NCBI GenBank assembly: GCA_051382295.1
Contig: JBBCAW010000052.1
Span: 2,512 to 66,511, forward strand
Origin: Bdellovibrionota bacterium FG-1
Lineage (GTDB): Bacteria; Bdellovibrionota; UBA1018
DNA length: 64,000 bases
Direction: 5' to 3'
Part shown: positions 55,682 to 64,000 of the stretch, piece after piece
How positions within the stretch are numbered: the stretch's first letter is position 1
Layout: the number at the start of each line of letters is the position of its first letter
Position numbers and translations under genes: made by a program
The notes under the pieces: model-generated
Database searches by the model: none
Seen by the model: the letters and a program-made list of their open reading frames with translations, nothing else
What the model was told of the DNA's origin: nothing

Positions 55682-58600
55682 ATGAAACTCGCAGAAATTT
55701 TTGAAACAAAAATCGAAGAAAAAATCGACCCGGTCATTAAGGTAGGCGAGGTACAGGATGAAGCTAAACTCGCGTCGGAGATCGGCGCTTATGTCGTCAC
55801 ACCCACTATCGAAAAATATATTGACGAGTTTCTTGAGCATTTCACGGACACCTTCCTAAGCAGGACCACCGAGATTGGCTCGTGGATCTCGGGCTACTTC
55901 GGATCGGGAAAGTCGCATCTCGCCAAGATTTTGTCCTTGCTGGTTGAGAATCGAACGCTCACTGGTCATGCGGCCACCAAACGTTTCGAGGGAAGAGTTC
56001 CGCATGCAGCGCTCCACCGTAGCTCAATTTTGCGCAGTCTCGGACGCATGGATCAGTGTGGAACACAGGTCCTTGCCTTTAATTTGAATACGCTTGTGGA
56101 CAGTAAAACCACGCCATTACCTCGCCTTCTTCTCTCTCAGTATTATCAGTCGCGCGGGTACAGCTCTAACCTCTTATACGCAAGGGTGATCGAGCAGGAA
56201 ATCGATCGACGCGGAAAACTCGAAGCTCTCCACAATGAAGTGGCTGCACTCGCAGATCGCCCCTGGGTCGACATTCAAAAGAACCCAGGTTTTTACGCAA
56301 AACATCTCTATAAAGCGGCATGTAAGGTCGCTCCAGACGCGTTCTCCAGCCCCGAGGAAGTCGCTCAAGCGCTCAAAAACGCCGAAAAGGGCGACCTCTA
56401 TAATGCGCAGTTCCTTGTTCAAACGATGTTGGACGATCTCGAAATACGTAAGCAGGAAACTAAAAAACCGGCCCGCTTTCTCTTCGTGCTCGACGAGTCC
56501 GGCCAGTGGATCGAAGACGATGCGGGACGCCTCGCACAGCTCCAGGCACTTGTTGAAGAGGCATCCATCAAGGGCCAGGGGCGGATCTGGATATTTGTCA
56601 CCACCCACGAAGACATGGGCGCAATTTTCCAAAACGCACGGGCACTTCAAGCAGACATGAAGAAGATCGAACCCCGCTTCATTTACAAGTGGTCCCTTAC
56701 CACTGAGAATATCGAACTGGTCCTGGAGGACCGTATCTTCAAAAAGAAAATTGCGGGTAAGGACGCAGTTGTGAAAGCGTATGAAGCAGCACCGGGCGTG
56801 CTGCGTGGGCTTGGTGAGTTAGCCAACACTAGCCAGAAGCTCCCTAGCTGTGAGCGCGAACGGTTCGTCACCTTTTATCCATTTTTCCCCTATCAGATTC
56901 ACCTTATCCCAGAGATCGTGAAGAGCCTGCGTTCCAGGGGTGGTCGCGGAGAACAGCTCTCGGGGTCCACCCGCACGTTGCTTGCAATTACGCAGGACAT
57001 CCTTCGTGCCGGACGCAGACCCTACTTAAAACTGGAAGTCGGCGAAATCGTCCCATTCGACGAAGTCTACGGCAACCTTTCCGGAGAAGGGGAAGTGAGC
57101 CCCGATGTGCGGCGCGAGTTGTCGCGCATCGAGGAAATTGTCCCGGCGGCTTGCGCGCTCACTCGCCGCATCGCAGAGGTACTGTTCCTGATCCGCGAGA
57201 TATCCTATATACCACGGACAATTGACAACATTGCACGCCTCTTAGTCGAGTCAACAAGCGATGATCTGCCCACACTGGTGGCGCGCCTCCAGCCAGAACT
57301 TGACAAGCTCATCGCCGCCAAGATGCTCACTCGGATTGGGGATGAGTACGAATTTCTCACAGGTGAGCGACGCACATTCGAGGACGAGGTCGCGACAGTG
57401 GCTGCGCAAATCAAACAGCAGGACCGCGAGGCAGGGCTTGCAAAGCACTTCGTCTACGACTCCGACAAGAAGGTCAACCACCTCCGATCGCTCGTTGGAT
57501 TTGAAACTGTGCAATTTAAAGACGCTGAATTTGAAGTGCGCATCAACATGGATGGGACCGTTGCACTGCGGAACGGGCACATCGAAGTACGCATGTTCTC
57601 GCCGTTGGCTGCCCTCAGCGGAACAAAGGTTCCCGAGCTGGAGGACCAGAGCCTGCGTGCGGATGAACAACATACTATTTTCGTACTCTGCGATCGCGTT
57701 TTAGGTTTCGACCAGGACCTCAGCCGCTTTCTCGCTATGCGCGAAGTCGTAAGTGCATGGAAGGGCGACCCGCATAAATCAGAGGAGGCACGCAAGCTGG
57801 CCTCAGAGCGCGAAACCAACGACCTCGACAAGCTGGAGCGTCGGGTCCGGGACGGGATCAAAGTTGGCATCAAACAGGCTCACGTCATTTTCCGGGGCTC
57901 AAGTCGTGCCCTCTCACCGCGTTCCGGACAGACGCCAGGCGAAACCCTTCGCGCAGAACTCTCGACGTTTTGGCCAACCCTTTATCCTAAGTTCGAAAAG
58001 GTGCCAGTACGAATTGCGCAGGAGCAGAAGGCGATCCTTGACGTTCTCAGCGGAGAAAAGAACCTCGCTCCAGATGTCAAAGCGCTGCGGCTTTTCGATC
58101 AAGCCGGCGCCCTCGACCCAAATTCCCCCTTGCTCGACGCCACGCGAATATTCTTGGCGAGCCGCCAGAACAAAAAGGAGCGGACCCTGGGAAAAGACAT
58201 CCTTGAGGAATTTGGCATCCCACCATACGGATGGGATCGGAACGCGGTCCGGGTCGGGGTGGCGGCGTGTGTGAGAGCTGGAACGATCAAGGTCCTGATC
58301 GGCAAGATGCCGCATACGAACCCCTCCGACCAGGCATTGCAGAAAGCTCTTCGTGACAGCCGCGAGTTTGAGAGAGTCGAGCTAGTGCTCGAAGATTCGG
58401 ATGTTAGCCCGGACGAATTAGAAGGGGCGCGCACGCTATTAATGAAACTCACTGGCAAGCGAAAGATCGACGAGACACCTGCGGCCTTGCACGAGGCAAT
58501 GGATGCTTTCGGCAAAGAAAAGCTTGGGCGCGCAGAAAAGTTGATTGACTGGGCTGATGCGGCCGGGCTCCCCCGTCCCAAGGTTTTCGACGAAGGAAAG

Positions 58601-59350
58601 GAAGCACTGGAAAGTGTCCTTGCCCTCTCAAACCCGGTACACCGAGTTAAAGAGATTTACACCCGCGCAGAGGACCTCAAACGTGGGGTCGAGTCCATTG
58701 ATCAGCTCGTTACATTTCGGGAGAAGTGGGGCCTTGCGTTCACCGAACTCAAGAGCTTCGCGACACAGCTCAGTGGTATTGACCATTTGCTTCCGTCGGG
58801 AGGCACCATTCATGGTTTTATCGGCGAGTACGAAGCAGCACGAGCTAGCGCTCGGTTTGCCGAACCAGAGATTTGGAAGGTGATCCAGGGAGCCAAGGCG
58901 AGTGCGGCGCTTGAACTCCAAACGATGCTCAGCGGCTGGCGTGACGAAGCAAGGCAGATCATCAGGGAGACACTTGATCGGCTCCCCGAAGATCTCAAGC
59001 AACAGAAGCTGGAGCAGGAACTTATTAAAGAAATGACTGTTCCTCTCGACGGATTTCTTGCAGCACTTGATACCGAGAGCGATCCGGTCCGAGTTGCGGC
59101 GCTATCTGTGCGCGCAAGACGCCTTGTAGACGAACTGGCTGCTGCCCTCCGCAAAGAGGCAGAGAAGCGAGCACCGAAGCCGCCGGCAAATGAGCCGGCC
59201 AAGCCTGCTCGGGAGACGCGCCGAGTGCGATTCTCTGACGTGTCCACCGTTCGACACGTTCGTTCAGAAACTGAATGGGAGGAGTTAAAGAAAAAGCTGG
59301 ATGAGCGGGTGCGGACTCTGTTGCGCGACTTCGAAGTGGAGTTCGACTGA
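55682..59350 (+). CDS. brxC: BREX P-loop ATPase BrxC
   Basis: IDPVIKV, WISGYFGSGKSH Walker A, LDESGQ Walker B, YPFFPYQ, PPYGW; GAGGAG RBS before ATG 55682. Confidence 0.92.
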   Translation: MKLAEIFETKIEEKIDPVIKVGEVQDEAKLASEIGAYVVTPTIEKYIDEFLEHFTDTFLSRTTEIGSWISGYFGSGKSHLAKILSLLVENRTLTGHAATKRFEGRVPHAALHRSSILRSLGRMDQCGTQVLAFNLNTLVDSKTTPLPRLLLSQYYQSRGYSSNLLYARVIEQEIDRRGKLEALHNEVAALADRPWVDIQKNPGFYAKHLYKAACKVAPDAFSSPEEVAQALKNAEKGDLYNAQFLVQTMLDDLEIRKQETKKPARFLFVLDESGQWIEDDAGRLAQLQALVEEASIKGQGRIWIFVTTHEDMGAIFQNARALQADMKKIEPRFIYKWSLTTENIELVLEDRIFKKKIAGKDAVVKAYEAAPGVLRGLGELANTSQKLPSCERERFVTFYPFFPYQIHLIPEIVKSLRSRGGRGEQLSGSTRTLLAITQDILRAGRRPYLKLEVGEIVPFDEVYGNLSGEGEVSPDVRRELSRIEEIVPAACALTRRIAEVLFLIREISYIPRTIDNIARLLVESTSDDLPTLVARLQPELDKLIAAKMLTRIGDEYEFLTGERRTFEDEVATVAAQIKQQDREAGLAKHFVYDSDKKVNHLRSLVGFETVQFKDAEFEVRINMDGTVALRNGHIEVRMFSPLAALSGTKVPELEDQSLRADEQHTIFVLCDRVLGFDQDLSRFLAMREVVSAWKGDPHKSEEARKLASERETNDLDKLERRVRDGIKVGIKQAHVIFRGSSRALSPRSGQTPGETLRAELSTFWPTLYPKFEKVPVRIAQEQKAILDVLSGEKNLAPDVKALRLFDQAGALDPNSPLLDATRIFLASRQNKKERTLGKDILEEFGIPPYGWDRNAVRVGVAACVRAGTIKVLIGKMPHTNPSDQALQKALRDSREFERVELVLEDSDVSPDELEGARTLLMKLTGKRKIDETPAALHEAMDAFGKEKLGRAEKLIDWADAAGLPRPKVFDEGKEALESVLALSNPVHRVKEIYTRAEDLKRGVESIDQLVTFREKWGLAFTELKSFATQLSGIDHLLPSGGTIHGFIGEYEAARASARFAEPEIWKVIQGAKASAALELQTMLSGWRDEARQIIRETLDRLPEDLKQQKLEQELIKEMTVPLDGFLAALDTESDPVRVAALSVRARRLVDELAAALRKEAEKRAPKPPANEPAKPARETRRVRFSDVSTVRHVRSETEWEELKKKLDERVRTLLRDFEVEFD

Positions 59351-62300
59351 TGGATTTCAAGAGTACACTTCGGGCAATCACGCTCGAACTTCGACACGAG
59401 CTTGAAGGCAAGTACGACCCCGAAGGGGGGTGGCATCCGGGTGACTTAGAACGGCGCCTCGCAGCCATAGGTGTCCGTCGGGATCGCTCCTCCGTCCCTG
59501 TCGATGAGCTACCACACCTGTCTGTGGAGGACCGTGAAGCGCGGAGAGTCGTGGATGCATTCCTCACGAGCCGTACTGAAGCAGATCAAAGCCGCGAGGC
59601 CGCTATTGCCGATTTTGTCCGCGAAGCGGCCTACGGATGGGCGAATCGCCTATTAGCTCTACGCTGTATGGAAGCGCGCGGACTAATAGACGAAGTGATC
59701 CTCCTGAAGGAAACATACGGGGGCCGCTCGCTTCAACATCAGCGTCTAGCAAAGAAGGAACCGGAGCGATGCGCGGGCGAAGACGAAGGTCTGCTTGCGG
59801 CATTATTCGATGAGTTCACTCGACGCGCAAAAGAGCTTCCACTTCTCTTTGACCCAAAAGCGTCCGAGGTAGCTCTTCGTCCCGCGGTCGCCGCGCTCAA
59901 ACGTTGTATAGGTCTTCTGTCGGGAACCATCGCCGTAAAGGGGCAGGAGGCGGCGACTGACGAAGTGTTTACGGCACCGGACGCCCTGGGATGGACCTAT
60001 CAGTACTGGAATACGGAGGAGAAGGCCCGAGTATTCGAGAAAGTGCGTACCGACCAAGCCAAGATCCAAGGAACGGAGATAATTCCAGCAACTTGTATTT
60101 ACACCGACCCCTATATAGTGAAATTTCTCGTTCAAAATTCTCTAGGAGCGATGTGGATGGGCATGAACCCCGGTTCACATCTCTGCGAAACGTGGGATTA
60201 CTATGTTCGTGGCGCAGATCGAGCGCCCGCAACAAAGAAGGCTGTTTCGGAGATCACGTTCCTTGATCCCGCCTGCGGAAGCGGCCACTTTCTCATTGAG
60301 GCATTTGAAGTCTTCTATTCACTGTACATCGAGGAAGCAAAGATCACCGAGCCGGCCAAAATCTGTGCCTCTATTCTCGAACGCAATCTTTACGGAATTG
60401 ACATCGATGAGCGAGCAGTACAGATCGCGGCACTCGCATTGGTGATGAAGGCCAAGGAAAAAGCCCCGGACTTCGTTCCCCGTCAGGTAAACATCGTGGC
60501 AACCAATATTCGGCTGCCCAACAGCAAAGAGCATCTAGAGACATTTCTACACAAGCACCCAGAGGACGCCCCGCTAAAACCTGCGCTTCTCGCGATATTT
60601 GAGGGTCTATCCCATGCGGACGAGCTTGGGTCTCTCCTTCAGATTGAGGAACCGGTAGAGCGAGAACTCCAAGTCCTCAAAGCAAAATACGAAACTGCGG
60701 GCGTGCCAATGGAACAGCAGGGCCTTTGGAAGGAGTATGCAGTTCCAATCCAGGGCAAGCTTCCGCTTGGAATTGCGAGTTATTCTCTTTGGAAGCAGAA
60801 TGTCGTAAATCGTCTGCACCAGCACTTCAGCGCGGAGGCTCAAGAAATAGATCTCGCAACAGCTTTTTTCGGTGAGGCTGTCAGCAAAGGCCTTTCCCTC
60901 ACGGACATGCTCACGCGGCGCTATGATGTTATTGCCGCGAACCCACCCTACATGGGCTCAAAGAACATGGGTCCTGTGTTGAAGGGCTATATACAGCGAC
61001 ACTTTCCTGCGGGAAAGCGAGATATTTACGCAGCATTCATTATGCGATCCATTAACCTAGCTAATATCGGCGGTCGGGTCGCGGTAGTTAGTCAGCAATC
61101 GTGGATGTTCAACAAGTACTTTCAGAAACTGAGATCGGGGAACCCGAACTCCAGTGTCCTAGATGCAACATCTGTTGAATGCTTAGCTCATCTCGGACCG
61201 AATGCGTTTGCAGATCTATCAGGGGAAGTTGTCTCGGCGGCAGCAATTGTATTATCGATCCACGTTGACCGACGCCACCATATATTAGCGTTTCGCATGA
61301 CAGATCTGGATGGACCCGCTCTCAAAGCACAATCTCTCGCAGACACGGTGAGGGTTGATGATTCAAAGCGCCGATTTCGGGTCGCACAAGTTGATATAAC
61401 TCGGTTGCCTGGTGCGCCCGTCGTCTACTGGCTCAGAGAATCACTTCTGCAGCTCATTCATCGTTTGAAGCGGCTCTCTTCCACTTCAACTGTATGTGAA
61501 GGTCTTCACCCAACGGATACGCCGAGATTTGTTCGCTATTGGTGGGAGGCAACGAACGAGAAGCGCTGGGCTTGGTATTCGCGTGGTGGTGAATTCCGAC
61601 GCTGGTCAGGCCTGAACCGCACGAAGATCGATTGGAGTGTATCAGGCGACAGACTGCGCTTAACTGGAAAAGCGATCATCCCTTCTGCCGACAGGTATTT
61701 TACCCCTGGTATTACCTATACGGATTTTGCGTCTGGTACAATGGCTGCACGCATTCTAGATGCGAGTCACATTTTCAGTGATGCTGCACCCGCGATCTTC
61801 CCTGAGCGGGCATCCACGCAAGCAGTTCTCGCAACAGTTAATTCCAGATTCTTCACTGTCGTGATGCGAGCGCTCTCACCTAGCCCTTTCCACTTTCGAA
61901 CAGGATATGTTGCTATGGCTCCGTTTCCTGATCTTCCTTTTCCGACCCCAGTCGACCCCATCGTCGACTGTATCTTGCAACTCGCCAGAGTCGAAGCTTC
62001 GCGCGATCCAACCGAAGGGACCTTTCGGCCTTACCGTATCATAGCGGCGAATTCACTCCGTGATGCTTACCGAGCGGATACAGTCGAAGTCGAGGCTTGT
62101 GCAAGCGTACTTCACGCGCTTGAGGGAATTGTGGAGCGAAAAGTTTTCACAGCCTACGGCATTGAAAACGAGGATCTTGCAGCTGTACTTGATGAGACCG
62201 GCACACCTGCTGGCTGGTATCCCACGATTCTGGGTTACGACGCATTTCCACCGCTACCTGATATCATCACGTTGCCACAAGACCTTATCGAACAGATTAT

Positions 62301-63534
62301 TCAGGGAGCACGTCGCACAATGCCACCAGAAGATCTAGCCAATCTCAAACGTCAACTGCGCGAACTCTATGAGGCTGGGCCAAGCAAGAGCATGAGCAAC
62401 GGGACCCAAGAAGGCGCCGACGAAATTGAAGAAGACCTGGACGATGACGTGGACGTTCCGGGCGCTGGCAATCCCATCCCGGCTGAGACATTTATTGACG
62501 AGCTATCTCGTAAGCTTCAGATAAATCCAATTTCGATCTTCTGGCTACTCAAGGAGCTTCGAGACCAGGAGAAAGTCGTTTGTCCATCCGAGCTACGTGG
62601 TTTCAGCGAAAACTACGTATCCTTTATTGTTCTGCACCTCCTCGGCCACCGACAATCGAGCGAACAACCAGACGACAATGCTGAGCCAAACAGAAAAATT
62701 CAAGACCTTATTATTCCCATTAGCGACGGAACTGGCGAAACAAAACTCCTGGCACGAGTTCGTGAAATAATCGCGGAGGATTTTGGTACTAAGAGCGTGC
62801 AGACGTTCGAGCGTGAGTTCCATGAAAGCGTTGGCAAGCATCTTGGGGAGTGGCTAGAAACCGAGTTCTTTAAACGACACATATCTCAGTTTAAAAAACG
62901 GCCCATTGTCTGGCAGCTTGAAAGCACGCCAGGCGGAAGCGGCAAGCGGCAAGGTCGCCGCTCCGTGCGAAAAACATCCGCGTTTTCGTGCCTCGTATAT
63001 TATCAGTTACTGGATTCGGACCTCCTCCCGAAGCTCCGTACACAGTATGTCGGCCCCCTCCGAGTTAGCATTCAAACGGAATTACGAAGTTTGGAGACGA
63101 TGACGAGCAGAACGGCGGAGCAGGACGCTCGCCGTTTGGAGTTGGACAAAACTATGGAAGAACTCAAGGCGTTTGATGCTCGACTCGATCAAGCAGCCTC
63201 AGTAGGATTCGCGTCAGATTCGCTCGATATGCTAGTAACCAGCGAGCCGCTTGATAAGTGGATATCGCAGGGGGAGCAATTCGCCCCACCTGTTTCTAAA
63301 GATGCCTTTCTGGCACAAGAACGGAAATACGACCCGGGCCTTAACGATGGCGTACGCGTAAACATTGCACCCCTCCAGCGTGCAGGGTTGCTCACCACCG
63401 ACATTCTTTCCAAAAAGGACGTTGAAAAGGCCCTCTCTGACCGCGCCGAGTGGCGGGCTGACGAACGACGGTGGTGCAGAGAAGGGAAACTTCCACGGCC
63501 GGGGTGGTGGGATGCGACAGGAGTCGGGCGATGA
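59350..63534 (+). CDS. pglX: BREX adenine DNA methyltransferase PglX
   Basis: NRLLALR-x-ME, GW-x-YQYWN, LVQNSLG, DPACGSGHFL, NPPYMG and DGVRVN motifs. Confidence 0.93.
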   Translation: MDFKSTLRAITLELRHELEGKYDPEGGWHPGDLERRLAAIGVRRDRSSVPVDELPHLSVEDREARRVVDAFLTSRTEADQSREAAIADFVREAAYGWANRLLALRCMEARGLIDEVILLKETYGGRSLQHQRLAKKEPERCAGEDEGLLAALFDEFTRRAKELPLLFDPKASEVALRPAVAALKRCIGLLSGTIAVKGQEAATDEVFTAPDALGWTYQYWNTEEKARVFEKVRTDQAKIQGTEIIPATCIYTDPYIVKFLVQNSLGAMWMGMNPGSHLCETWDYYVRGADRAPATKKAVSEITFLDPACGSGHFLIEAFEVFYSLYIEEAKITEPAKICASILERNLYGIDIDERAVQIAALALVMKAKEKAPDFVPRQVNIVATNIRLPNSKEHLETFLHKHPEDAPLKPALLAIFEGLSHADELGSLLQIEEPVERELQVLKAKYETAGVPMEQQGLWKEYAVPIQGKLPLGIASYSLWKQNVVNRLHQHFSAEAQEIDLATAFFGEAVSKGLSLTDMLTRRYDVIAANPPYMGSKNMGPVLKGYIQRHFPAGKRDIYAAFIMRSINLANIGGRVAVVSQQSWMFNKYFQKLRSGNPNSSVLDATSVECLAHLGPNAFADLSGEVVSAAAIVLSIHVDRRHHILAFRMTDLDGPALKAQSLADTVRVDDSKRRFRVAQVDITRLPGAPVVYWLRESLLQLIHRLKRLSSTSTVCEGLHPTDTPRFVRYWWEATNEKRWAWYSRGGEFRRWSGLNRTKIDWSVSGDRLRLTGKAIIPSADRYFTPGITYTDFASGTMAARILDASHIFSDAAPAIFPERASTQAVLATVNSRFFTVVMRALSPSPFHFRTGYVAMAPFPDLPFPTPVDPIVDCILQLARVEASRDPTEGTFRPYRIIAANSLRDAYRADTVEVEACASVLHALEGIVERKVFTAYGIENEDLAAVLDETGTPAGWYPTILGYDAFPPLPDIITLPQDLIEQIIQGARRTMPPEDLANLKRQLRELYEAGPSKSMSNGTQEGADEIEEDLDDDVDVPGAGNPIPAETFIDELSRKLQINPISIFWLLKELRDQEKVVCPSELRGFSENYVSFIVLHLLGHRQSSEQPDDNAEPNRKIQDLIIPISDGTGETKLLARVREIIAEDFGTKSVQTFEREFHESVGKHLGEWLETEFFKRHISQFKKRPIVWQLESTPGGSGKRQGRRSVRKTSAFSCLVYYQLLDSDLLPKLRTQYVGPLRVSIQTELRSLETMTSRTAEQDARRLELDKTMEELKAFDARLDQAASVGFASDSLDMLVTSEPLDKWISQGEQFAPPVSKDAFLAQERKYDPGLNDGVRVNIAPLQRAGLLTTDILSKKDVEKALSDRAEWRADERRWCREGKLPRPGWWDATGVGR

Positions 63535-64000
63535 CAGAACTCAGTTTTAGGGTGTGGCTTAGAAATGAAGTGACAACAGTCCTTAACCGCAAGACGACGC
63601 CACCCCCGCTCCTGCTTTGGTGCGACCCGGACGACGTATGGCGTGACTTGCTCCGCGCCGCCGCCGAGGACGGAGCCTTTGATCTCTGGGCTGACGGTGA
63701 GCACGAACTCGTACTTCGGGAGCGCCTTCATACCTCGCCCCTGTCTCCACGCGTCGTTTGGCTTCCGTCCGGTGCAGACGAGATCAGCTATCTCAAGGTT
63801 TTCGAGTTTCAAGCTGAACGGGTATGGACGGAGTCCCTCGTGTCCGCACTTGCTCGGTTTGGTGTCGAGCTAGCGCGGGACCACGAGGCAGGGGTCAGAC
63901 AACTCTTACCGGCATATGCGAAAGAGTGCATCGATCAGCCTCGTTCGGCTTGGCGCGAACTCACGCCAGGGACTGCAAAGTCGATGCTGGTGGACGAGGA
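63531..64000 (+). CDS. pglZ: BREX PglZ, N-terminal part (runs off window)
   Basis: Open frame from ATG overlapping the pglX stop: MTELSFRVWL...LLLWCDPDDVW...; position after pglX. Confidence 0.7.
   Translation, partial: MTELSFRVWLRNEVTTVLNRKTTPPPLLLWCDPDDVWRDLLRAAAEDGAFDLWADGEHELVLRERLHTSPLSPRVVWLPSGADEISYLKVFEFQAERVWTESLVSALARFGVELARDHEAGVRQLLPAYAKECIDQPRSAWRELTPGTAKSMLVDE

Larger units (their letters stand above)
50957..64000. mobile_element. Putative ssrA-integrated element (replicon plus BREX defence cargo), extends beyond window
   Basis: Starts at the ssrA 3' end (a common integration hotspot); plasmid/phage-like parA-rep, excisionase-like HTH, BREX; visibly different codon style. Confidence 0.72.

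Noticed and set aside
63189-63873. Listed ORFs at the right edge
   Set aside because: The real gene is the unterminated plus-strand frame from ATG 63531 (pglZ-like), which the ORF track missed

Overview
Chromosomal window from a bacterium that looks like a member of Bdellovibrionota/Oligoflexia. This is inferred from the Bd0055-type histone, bacterial Topo VI, HAMP-less MCP, many orphan lipoproteins and the tmRNA tag (A)GTADYAMAA. 1-50.9 kb is mostly core and cell-surface genes: exbBD, an FKBP-histone-globin cluster convergent on top6BA, rmuC, tRNA-Arg(CCU), surE, lptD, accD, an HD-GYP gene with a GGA-rich upstream RNA candidate, rsmI, rpsP-khpA-trmD-rplS-rnhB-yraN (no rimM), hemH, greB, hldD, rpsT, a small toxin-antitoxin patch bounded by 46-bp direct repeats, and ssrA. 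From the 3' end of ssrA to the window edge lies an apparent integrated element. It begins with an unusual two-gene replicon, ParA plus a lambda-O-like wHTH initiator with no ParB. The initiator gene contains two arrays of 18-bp-period DNA palindromes, one followed by an AT-rich tract, and the parA leader shows a counter-transcript and an SD-sequestering hairpin. A type I BREX operon follows (HTH-brxA-brxB-brxC-pglX-pglZ, cut by the window). All calls come from manual motif recognition; no database searches were run.
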